This document shows positions 48,471-56,529 of a stretch of DNA of 64,000 nucleotides, one piece after another. A program made the translations under genes and the position numbers. The DNA lies in sequence record DRR378314_419; one strand, 5' to 3'. Numbering within the stretch: the first letter of the stretch is position 1; each line of letters starts with the position of its first letter. The notes under the pieces are model-generated. The model did no database searches, was not told the DNA's origin, and saw nothing but the letters and a program-made list of their open reading frames with translations.

Positions 48471-49700
48471 CTAGAGGGTTACCAGTTGGAGCAAAAGTAA
48501 TCCTATACTCGATAATAACCCCAAAAAGGGTACCCAGATTGGAAGAATGAAAGCTGTTTTATCAGCCGGTTGAGATTCCAGTTTTATTTTGATCAGTGCT
48601 GAATTTACGAAGCAAAATACAATCAAAACAATAGTAGACGTTGTTTCAGCTAATTTGATAATCGGAAAAAAGAGAGCAAGGATCAGGACCAGACCAGTGA
48701 TAACAACAGTTGCATTTACGGGAGTTCGCGTTCTTGTATTTATCTTGGCCAGGAAATTTGGAAGATTTCCCTGATTACTCAAACCATAGATAACGCGAGA
48801 GGCCATGATGATCTGCACAAGAACACCATTTAGTGTCGCAAAAATTGCGATCAGAATAAAGACAGAGTTCAAAATGGGGGAGGCATCTTTAAATACAAGT
48901 TGCAAAGGGGCGGAGGACTGAGCGAGTTCATCCATAGGAACAGAGAGAACGACGGTTGTAACAACCAAAAAATAAATTAAGGTCGAAAAGACCAACGTTA
49001 GTAAAATCCCGCGCGGAAGATTTTTCGTCGGATTTTTAACCTCCTCGGCAACATTGGCCATGTCTTCGAACCCAACAAAAGCAAAAAAGGCAAGAAGACT
49101 CGCTGAAAAAATACCGCTCCATTCGGATGCTGAGAAGGGGGGGATGATCGTAGGCAGCTTTGTCAAAATTTCCGGGGAAGAGGAAATGCCGTAGCCAATC
49201 ACCAAAGCCAGCCCAGACAGCTCTATCAATGTCAGGATAGCAGCCAATGTTACTGATTCAACAATCCCCCAGATGGCGATCAGGCCGATGAGTAAAATGA
49301 CGATTGTGCCCAGTAGTGTGCCGGATATGGGAACAAAATATTGCAGGTACGCTACGGCGCCGATGGAAACGGCTGCTGATGATACAATGCCAGACATGAC
49401 AACCATCAAACCTACCAGCAGGGAAAGTACATTGGATCTGAAACCTTTACGTACATATTCTGCTTCTCCAGCGGAAACTGGGTAGCGGGTGGTGAGTTCT
49501 GAATAGGAAAAACCAGTAAAGGCAACTACTGCTGCTGCCAGCAGAAAAGCAATGGGGGCATGGACGCCAGCTTTATTGGCAGTGGCACCGACAAGTACAT
49601 AAATACCGGCACCAACGGTAACGCCAAGCCCATAGAGTGTTAGGAGGCTGAGCGACAATTGCCGGTTAAGTTTGGGTTTCGCCTTTAAACTTGTTGCCAT
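48471..49700 (-). CDS. APC-family amino acid permease
   Basis: GVTVGAGIY, FFAFVGFED..NVAEEVKNP, many TM segments. Confidence 0.9.
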   Translation of the reverse strand: MATSLKAKPKLNRQLSLSLLTLYGLGVTVGAGIYVLVGATANKAGVHAPIAFLLAAAVVAFTGFSYSELTTRYPVSAGEAEYVRKGFRSNVLSLLVGLMVVMSGIVSSAAVSIGAVAYLQYFVPISGTLLGTIVILLIGLIAIWGIVESVTLAAILTLIELSGLALVIGYGISSSPEILTKLPTIIPPFSASEWSGIFSASLLAFFAFVGFEDMANVAEEVKNPTKNLPRGILLTLVFSTLIYFLVVTTVVLSVPMDELAQSSAPLQLVFKDASPILNSVFILIAIFATLNGVLVQIIMASRVIYGLSNQGNLPNFLAKINTRTRTPVNATVVITGLVLILALFFPIIKLAETTSTIVLIVFCFVNSALIKIKLESQPADKTAFILPIWVPFLGLLSSIGLLLLQLVTL

Positions 49701-49799
49701 CTGCCAATCTTACTGCTTTGAACATTAATCACTAATGTTAAATTTAGCATGTGCTGGAAGGCATTATGACAGCTTATTCACTAAAAGGTTTGATTAAGC

Positions 49800-51338
49800 T
49801 CAAAGCTCAGCCATCACTAGTCTGGTTCCGGGGAGAATGGCGCGGGCTGTGGTTCCAACAAGTTCCTGACTATCGAGCTGTAAACGACCGCCATGAGCAC
49901 TCAGAAGGTTCGAGGTGATGTAAAGGCCAAGTCCAACGCCCTTACCAGATATAAAAGAGGATGAAATGTCGATTTGGGTAAAGGCTTGCGTGACGCTTTC
50001 CAGCTTATCAGATGAAATGCCGATCCCAGTATCTGCAATCGATATAATCACCCCTTCTATTTTATTGAAAATAGTGTCGATTGTTATAGTGCCATTTTCA
50101 GGGGTATATTTGACCGCATTGGCCAAGAGGTTGGACAGAATTTGAGTATACCGATGCTCATCTGCTTTCACAAAAAGATCAGCACCCGGCATATTAAAGA
50201 TCAAATTCTGTTTCTTTTTCTGGGCTTCGATTTCAAAGATGGTCTGGCAATATTCCAGAACCGATCGAATACTGAAGGTGGCCTCAAACAGATTTAGTTC
50301 CCCGCGGTCAATTGTCGACGCATCCAACAGGTCATTGATCTGTGTCAGAAGATGCCGGCCACTTTTGTTAATATCATCAAGGGTTGTTTTTTGGCGATCT
50401 GTAATGGGTCCATAAACCTGATAGGTCAGCATTTCTGAGAAGCCAATAATTGCATTTAAGGGCGTTCTTAGTTCATGGCTCATCGTGGCCAGAAAATCGG
50501 TTTTGGCTTTATTGGCTGTTTCCGCTTCCTGAATGGCTTCAGACAGCTCATGCGTTCTTTCCGCAACCCGTTGCTCTAGAGTGGCGTTCAGCTGTTCAAG
50601 CTCGACTTGAGCGTTTAAACGCTCGTGAACATCCTTTTCGGTAACAACAATAACAACATCACCACTAACTGGATCCCGACCTGTATCCGCAGTTAAATTA
50701 TGCCATCTCAAACCATCTACGGTCATGACCTGGATATCGGAAACAAATTTTTCCATTTTCTGAGTAGCTGTGATTAGCTCTTCAACGAAGTCTGCATCGC
50801 CATATCTGTGGAAGAGTGTTACCACATGATCTTGATTTTCCAGGTAGGTTTGGGCGGATCTGGGATTCTGTGCGAGCAATTGCCCGTCTTTTGTAAATGT
50901 ACTGATCATCAGGGGGGTATGGCGCACTGCTTCCAGAATGCGTTTTGCACGAGGATCCAGTTCTTCACGCAATTCGGGAGATGCTTCGATCAGGACGGCG
51001 CGTTTTTTATTTTCGACCAAAATGGGTGTGAATGTCAAAATCACCATTTTGGGTTTGCCGCCAGGATAGAGAGTCCAATTCTCTTCAATCGGCTTACCAT
51101 CAGCACCACTTTTAAAAATTTCTGCCAGACGTTCACGGACAACCGGGGAATCGTCGCTAAGATCGATGGCCAGAAATTCCTCCAGGCAGGTGACGTCCCA
51201 GAATTTTAAGGCCGGTCTATTGGCCCACCAAAATTTGTGGTCGTCAATACTGAATACCCAGATGACGGTATTCAGCTGATTAAACATCTGCAAATCACGA
51301 TGGCTCTTGAGATGGAGCAAACTGCCAAATGCGTTCAA
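49800..51338 (-). CDS. Soluble PAS sensor histidine kinase
   Basis: SHELRTPLNAIIGF H-box, NLLANAVKY, DTGIGI, GLGL; no TM segment. Confidence 0.92.
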   Translation of the reverse strand: MNAFGSLLHLKSHRDLQMFNQLNTVIWVFSIDDHKFWWANRPALKFWDVTCLEEFLAIDLSDDSPVVRERLAEIFKSGADGKPIEENWTLYPGGKPKMVILTFTPILVENKKRAVLIEASPELREELDPRAKRILEAVRHTPLMISTFTKDGQLLAQNPRSAQTYLENQDHVVTLFHRYGDADFVEELITATQKMEKFVSDIQVMTVDGLRWHNLTADTGRDPVSGDVVIVVTEKDVHERLNAQVELEQLNATLEQRVAERTHELSEAIQEAETANKAKTDFLATMSHELRTPLNAIIGFSEMLTYQVYGPITDRQKTTLDDINKSGRHLLTQINDLLDASTIDRGELNLFEATFSIRSVLEYCQTIFEIEAQKKKQNLIFNMPGADLFVKADEHRYTQILSNLLANAVKYTPENGTITIDTIFNKIEGVIISIADTGIGISSDKLESVTQAFTQIDISSSFISGKGVGLGLYITSNLLSAHGGRLQLDSQELVGTTARAILPGTRLVMAEL

Positions 51339-51512
51339 AACGAGAACCTTTCTAGGTGATGTTCAATATTAGGAGGTTATCAAATGTTGAGCTATCTAAA
51401 AAGGCCGAACTTTTCAAATTGTTTGTCGTCAATCTAATGCAGATATTGCGGATTTAAATAAGGGTGTGTTGTCTCTGCTGCATTTCAATTTAAGTGGTGC
51501 CGAATTGAGCGG

Positions 51513-51789
51513 ACTGTTCCTGTTCCTGTTCGTTTGGCCCATATCACGGCTGAGGCTGCGATTTCGGCGGCTGAACAAGGTGTTGGCGTGACCCGGGTTC
51601 TCTGTTCTCAGGTTGCAGATGCGATTTAGGCCGGTCGATTGCAACTTCTATTAAAAGAATATGAATTGCTCCCGTGGCCAGTTCAGTTACTTTTTGAGAA
51701 TAGATCCTTAATTCCCCCAAAACTTAAGGGCGTTCCTAGACTACGCTGCGCCGCGGATATCAAAAGCATTGGCTTTGGCTTCCGTTTAG
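51513..51789 (+). pseudogene. Remnant of a CrgA-like LysR regulator (C-terminal part only)
   Basis: TAEAAISAAEQGVGVTRVLCSQVADAI*AGRLQLLLKEYELLPWPVQLL...PPKL, then frameshift to RAFLDYAAPR; in-frame TAG at 51627 and frameshift near 51725. Confidence 0.85.
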
Positions 51790-51800
51790 GAAGCCATGGT

Positions 51801-52454
51801 TTAGGAGGGTCTGGCCGTTGGGCTTAAAAGTGCGTCCATGCCGGCGGCGCAAAACTGAACTAGATCTTCAAGCGACGTTTCATTTCCGTCACCGCCAAGG
51901 CTTTCAATTCGCCAGGTAGAGTTAAAAAATGCTAGCAGCGCGGCGACCGAATAAACCTGTCCGGTAGCGGCCTTCTTTAACGTGGAGCTGGGATAGAGTT
52001 GAAGGATCTCTGTGAGGAACACATGAGTGGTTGGATCAAAGCAGTCTGATGCCAACTGACGCCATCTTGGATCCGCAGAGACATGAGCAACCAGTCGACC
52101 ATAACTGATCCAGCTTTCCTGCTCATCCGCTACAAGTTTGACATAGGCCCTGAAAAAGCAATCCAAAATCCGCGTTAGCGTTAAGGGTTCGGTGGCTTTT
52201 AGAGTCTCTAGGTCCTGCAATCGAATGGTGGCCAGTTCTTGCGCCCGGCGCTTGACGGTTTGGATAAAAAGATCCTCTTTGCTGCCGCCATGGTGCCTGA
52301 CAAGCCCAACAGGCACTTCAGCAAGTTTGGCAATATCACGCAACGACGCTCCATCATATCCTCGTGTTGAAAAGGACTTTTCCGCCGCATCAAATATCTT
52401 TTGTCGGGTTAGTAAGGATTTTTTCGAGGGGGCACGTTTTCTGACAGCAGACAC
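51801..52454 (-). CDS. TetR-family transcriptional regulator
   Basis: TRQKIFDAAEKSFSTRGYDGASLRDIAKLAEV...HHGGSKEDLF; GTG start with AAGGTG upstream. Confidence 0.9.
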   Translation of the reverse strand: MSAVRKRAPSKKSLLTRQKIFDAAEKSFSTRGYDGASLRDIAKLAEVPVGLVRHHGGSKEDLFIQTVKRRAQELATIRLQDLETLKATEPLTLTRILDCFFRAYVKLVADEQESWISYGRLVAHVSADPRWRQLASDCFDPTTHVFLTEILQLYPSSTLKKAATGQVYSVAALLAFFNSTWRIESLGGDGNETSLEDLVQFCAAGMDALLSPTARPS

Positions 52455-52490
52455 AGTTTCCAGCACCTTTAAAAAATGGGTTGCCTTATT

Positions 52491-52506
52491 TTGTACAATT
52501 GTACAA
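52491..52506. promoter_or_regulatory. Putative TetR operator
   Basis: Perfect 16-bp palindrome TTGTACAATTGTACAA between the divergent tetR and FMO genes. Confidence 0.75.
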
Positions 52507-52531
52507 TCTAAAAGGCAATAGGGAGGACATA

Positions 52532-53848
52532 ATGAATAAACCGACAAACCGGTACGCACTGATTGGGGCGGGCCCGATGGGCCTTGCAATGGCCAAGGTC
52601 TTAAAAGAGCTTGATATTCCTTTTCAGGGCTTTGAGATGCATTCTGATGTCGGGGGGCTTTGGGACATCGAAGGACCAAAGTCGACCATGTATGAAACTG
52701 CGCATCTCATTTCGTCCAAACGAATGACCGAATTCACAGATTTCCCAATGGGAAATGAGATCCCGGACTATCCGTCACATCGGGACATGAAGGCCTATTT
52801 TCAGTCCTTTGCGGATCATTTTGAGCTCAGAAGACATTATTATTTTAACGCGGAAGTCTTAAAAGCTGAACCGTTGGCGGCGGCGGGACCGGGCTGGCAA
52901 ATCACCTGGAAAGATGAGGAGGGGGCTCACTCTGAGCGGTTCGCAGGTTTGTTAATCGCCAACGGCACTCTGTCAGAGCCCAACATGCCAGTTTTTTCTG
53001 GCGATTTTGCTGGGGAACTTATTCATTCGAGCAAATATCGCTATCCGGAGCAGTTTAAAGGAAAGCGGGTGCTGGTTGTCGGGGCTGGTAATTCAGGGTG
53101 TGATATCGCCGTTGACGCAATTCATCATGGCCTCAGTTGCGATTTGTCGTTACGGCGCGGGTATTATTTCGTTCCAAAATATGTGTTTGGGAAACCGGCG
53201 GACACATTAGGTGGGATGATTAAACTGCCGATGTGGCTGAAGAGAAAAGTCGACGGCATGATCCTGAAATGGTTTGTCGGCGATCCGCAAAAATATGGCT
53301 TTCCCAAACCCGATTATAAACTTTATGAAAGCCATCCCATCGTCAATTCACTGGTGCTTTATCATGCGGGGCACGGGGATATCACTATCCGCCCCGATAT
53401 CAAGACCCTGTCAGGAAAGACTGTCACGTTTCAGGATGATAGCCAGGCTGACTATGATATGATTTTGGCTGCAACCGGCTATAAACTTCACTATCCCTTT
53501 ATTGATCAGACTTTGCTGAACTGGGCTGAAGACGCCCCGCATTTATATCTAAATGCCATGCATCCTGATCGGGATGATCTGTTTGTTCTGGGTATGGTTG
53601 AAGCAAGCGGTCTTGGATGGCAGGGACGCCATGAGCAGGCGGAGATGGTTGGTCGTTATATCAAGGGTTTGAGTGTGGGGACTGCATCTGCAAAAGAATT
53701 ACAGGCCCATAAATCTGGTGAATTTGAACGGGCAACCGGGGGCATGAATTATCTGAAATTGCCAAGGATGGCATATTATGTAGATAAGGCGACATATCGA
53801 AAATCGGTAAATGACTGGATCGATCGATTGAAGGGACGGGCTTCATGA
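52532..53848 (+). CDS. Flavin-containing monooxygenase (class B FMO)
   Basis: GAGPMG, FAGELIHSSKY (FxGxxxHxxxY), GAGNSG, ATGY. Confidence 0.92.
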   Translation: MNKPTNRYALIGAGPMGLAMAKVLKELDIPFQGFEMHSDVGGLWDIEGPKSTMYETAHLISSKRMTEFTDFPMGNEIPDYPSHRDMKAYFQSFADHFELRRHYYFNAEVLKAEPLAAAGPGWQITWKDEEGAHSERFAGLLIANGTLSEPNMPVFSGDFAGELIHSSKYRYPEQFKGKRVLVVGAGNSGCDIAVDAIHHGLSCDLSLRRGYYFVPKYVFGKPADTLGGMIKLPMWLKRKVDGMILKWFVGDPQKYGFPKPDYKLYESHPIVNSLVLYHAGHGDITIRPDIKTLSGKTVTFQDDSQADYDMILAATGYKLHYPFIDQTLLNWAEDAPHLYLNAMHPDRDDLFVLGMVEASGLGWQGRHEQAEMVGRYIKGLSVGTASAKELQAHKSGEFERATGGMNYLKLPRMAYYVDKATYRKSVNDWIDRLKGRAS

Positions 53849-54747
53849 CTGGTATTGATGATGTAACGCTGAATTTCAGTGCTGGTTCCATGTGGATATT
53901 GAACGCGGTTCTGGCAATTGTGATGTTTTCGATCGCGCTGGACCTGACCCCCGCTGATTTTCACCGCTTAAGAAAAGCGCCAAAAGCCTTGTTGGTCGGG
54001 TTTTTCTCTCAATTTGCGGTGCTGCCGATTTTAACTTTTCTGATGATATTAGCTCTGGAGCCACGTCCGTCTATTGCCCTTGGGCTGATACTGGTCGCGG
54101 CTTGTCCGGGTGGTAATATTTCGAATTTTATCACTCATCGGGCAGGGGGGAATGCAGCTTTATCGGTTTCGATGACAGGGATTGCAACTGTCGCTGCTAT
54201 TCTGGTGACCCCGTTGAATATTGCGTTCTGGGGAAGTCTGTATCCGCCAACTTTTGCGATTTTGCAAAAAACATCTGTGGACCCTCTGCAGATTGCCCTT
54301 ACGGTTGGTTTAATGCTGGTCTTGCCCCTCATTCTGGGTGTGCAGTGTAATCACCGGATGCCGCAATTGGCCGCAAAGATCCGTAAACCCTTGCAATGGG
54401 TGGCAATGACGATTTTCATTGCCTTCATCATTTTGGCCTTGGCTGCAAACTGGTCGTATTTCCTGGCCTATGCTGCGGCTGTTACGGGATTAGTGATCCT
54501 ACATAATGCCATTGCCCTGTTGGGGGGCTGGTTTACCGCCACCGCCTTTCGCCTTTCACCCTATGACCGGCGGGCCATTACGATTGAAACCGGCATTCAG
54601 AATTCGGCACTCGGTCTTGTGTTGATATTTGCTTTTTTTGACGGGTTGGGGGGCATGGCTGTCGTTGCTGCTTTCTGGGGGATTTGGCATGCCGTGTCTG
54701 GATTAGGGCTCGCGTTTCTGTTCGCCAGAACTGAGGCTAGCCGATGA
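53845..54747 (+). CDS. Bile acid:sodium symporter (BASS) family transporter
   Basis: LVAACPGGNISN, GNAALSVSMT, IETGIQNS. Confidence 0.9.
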   Translation: MTGIDDVTLNFSAGSMWILNAVLAIVMFSIALDLTPADFHRLRKAPKALLVGFFSQFAVLPILTFLMILALEPRPSIALGLILVAACPGGNISNFITHRAGGNAALSVSMTGIATVAAILVTPLNIAFWGSLYPPTFAILQKTSVDPLQIALTVGLMLVLPLILGVQCNHRMPQLAAKIRKPLQWVAMTIFIAFIILALAANWSYFLAYAAAVTGLVILHNAIALLGGWFTATAFRLSPYDRRAITIETGIQNSALGLVLIFAFFDGLGGMAVVAAFWGIWHAVSGLGLAFLFARTEASR

Positions 54748-55694
54748 TTGAGAAACAGAGAATTCTGGTCACAGGCGCAGGTGGATTGGTCGGGAAATCA
54801 TTTCTGCATCTGGCGAGTTTTAAAGAGCATTATGATGTTCTTGCGACGGATATCAGCCCGATTGATGAACTGCCCCCGACCATCGGGTATGAGCGGATGG
54901 ATGTGATATCTGGTGATCCAGAGCGAATAATTTCAACATTTAAGCCGCATGTTATTGTGCATCTGGCATCAATTGTGACGCCGCCAAAAGGGGCAAGCCG
55001 CGAATTTGCCTATCAAGTGGATGTGGTTGGAACCGAAAATATTCTGAATGCGGCTATCCGTTTTGGGGCCAGACGCCTGATTGTGACGTCATCCGGGGCG
55101 GCCTATGGCTATCATGCAGATAACCCGGTTCCATTGACCGAGGAATGTGCCATCCGCGGAAATGCAGAATTTCCCTATTCCCACCATAAAAAACTTGTGG
55201 AAGACCTGCTCGCGCAATCCCGGCGGAACACGCCCGGACTGGAGCAAGTGATTTTTCGTGTGGGAACGGTTATCGGGGCGAAGACAGATAATCAGATCAC
55301 GGCCCTGTTTAAAAAACCAAAACTGTTAGGACTTAAGGGATATGAAAGCCCCTTTGTTTTTATCTGGACAGAAGATCTTGCCCATATTCTGTTGCGAGCA
55401 ATCTCGGACGGACCTGCAGGAATTTATAATGTTGCTGGGGACGGTGCATTGGGACTGAGTGATTTTTCGGCCATTATGAACAAGCAGATAGTTTGGTTGC
55501 CATCATGGCTGGTTAAAGCAGTACTGGCGCTTGCCAAACCTGCCGGGCTTTCCCGGTATGGGCCGGAGCAGGTTCGGTTTTTGCAGTTTCGCCCTGTGCT
55601 GGATAATAAAAAACTCAAGCAGGAATTTGGGTATGTTCCCAAACTGACAAGCGCAGAAGCGTTTTCTCTATGGTTGAAGAGTGTTGAGCCTTGA
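54744..55694 (+). CDS. Extended SDR / NAD-dependent epimerase-dehydratase
   Basis: TGAGGLVG, HLAS, TSSGAAYG, YSHHK. Confidence 0.88.
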   Translation: MIEKQRILVTGAGGLVGKSFLHLASFKEHYDVLATDISPIDELPPTIGYERMDVISGDPERIISTFKPHVIVHLASIVTPPKGASREFAYQVDVVGTENILNAAIRFGARRLIVTSSGAAYGYHADNPVPLTEECAIRGNAEFPYSHHKKLVEDLLAQSRRNTPGLEQVIFRVGTVIGAKTDNQITALFKKPKLLGLKGYESPFVFIWTEDLAHILLRAISDGPAGIYNVAGDGALGLSDFSAIMNKQIVWLPSWLVKAVLALAKPAGLSRYGPEQVRFLQFRPVLDNKKLKQEFGYVPKLTSAEAFSLWLKSVEP

Positions 55695-56458
55695 AAAAAG
55701 CGGTAATTACAGGGGGCGCTGGCGGTTTGGGACAGGCATTGAGCCGTCAGCTTGTGACTCAAGGTTGGTATGTGATTTCGGTAGACTTGGTTGGGACAGA
55801 GACTGTTTCACCGACGCAACAGGAGTTCCATCGCTGTGATCTGACGGATAAGGACGCCCGCAGTGCTTTGGTTCAGAAAATTCTTGAAGCTCATCCGCAG
55901 CTTGATTTGGTGGTTTATAACGCAGGCGTCACCCAGATCGGGCCGTTTAGTCACATTGACATGCAAAGTCACCGAAAGCTTTTTGAAATCAATTATTTCT
56001 CGGCGGTCGAACTTGCAAGGGCTGTGGCACCAGCCGTCCGATCAGCAAAGGGGTGTCATCTGGCCATTTCCTCTGTTGCGGGCTTTACGCCTTTATATTC
56101 CCGAACCTCCTATGCGGCCTCCAAGCATGCATTGGAAGGTTTTTTCAAATCTCTTCGCTCAGAAGAAAAGGTCTATGGTGTGGATGTTTTGATCGCCGCG
56201 CCATCTTTCATTGCGACCAATCCGGGCAATGACCAGGTTAGTCAGTCCGGGTTTCAACGGCCCGGATCGGCAGGCGATGCCAAAGATACTATGACACCGG
56301 ATGAGGCTGCCCTGGAAATTTTAAACGGATATCAGAAAAGGCGTCCGATGATCCTGGTTGGGCGTGTCGCAAAACTGGCTTGGTGGTTGAACAGGCTTTC
56401 TCCTTGGCTATACCAAAGGGTAATGGACCGTCAAATTTCTGGAAAAGATCCAAATTAA
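55691..56458 (+). CDS. Classical SDR oxidoreductase
   Basis: TGGAGGLG, YNAG, ISS, YAASK. Confidence 0.9.
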   Translation: MKKAVITGGAGGLGQALSRQLVTQGWYVISVDLVGTETVSPTQQEFHRCDLTDKDARSALVQKILEAHPQLDLVVYNAGVTQIGPFSHIDMQSHRKLFEINYFSAVELARAVAPAVRSAKGCHLAISSVAGFTPLYSRTSYAASKHALEGFFKSLRSEEKVYGVDVLIAAPSFIATNPGNDQVSQSGFQRPGSAGDAKDTMTPDEAALEILNGYQKRRPMILVGRVAKLAWWLNRLSPWLYQRVMDRQISGKDPN

Positions 56459-56529
56459 AAGAATTTTTTGTCTTTCCCTCCCTATAAATGTTTCGATAAT
56501 GAATTAATGTTAGGGTCAGTTTTTAGTAG

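Noticed and set aside
52455-52679. 75-aa N-terminal extension of TetR in the ORF track
   Set aside because: Overlaps the operator and the FMO start; the GTG at 52454 has an SD and gives a normal TetR.
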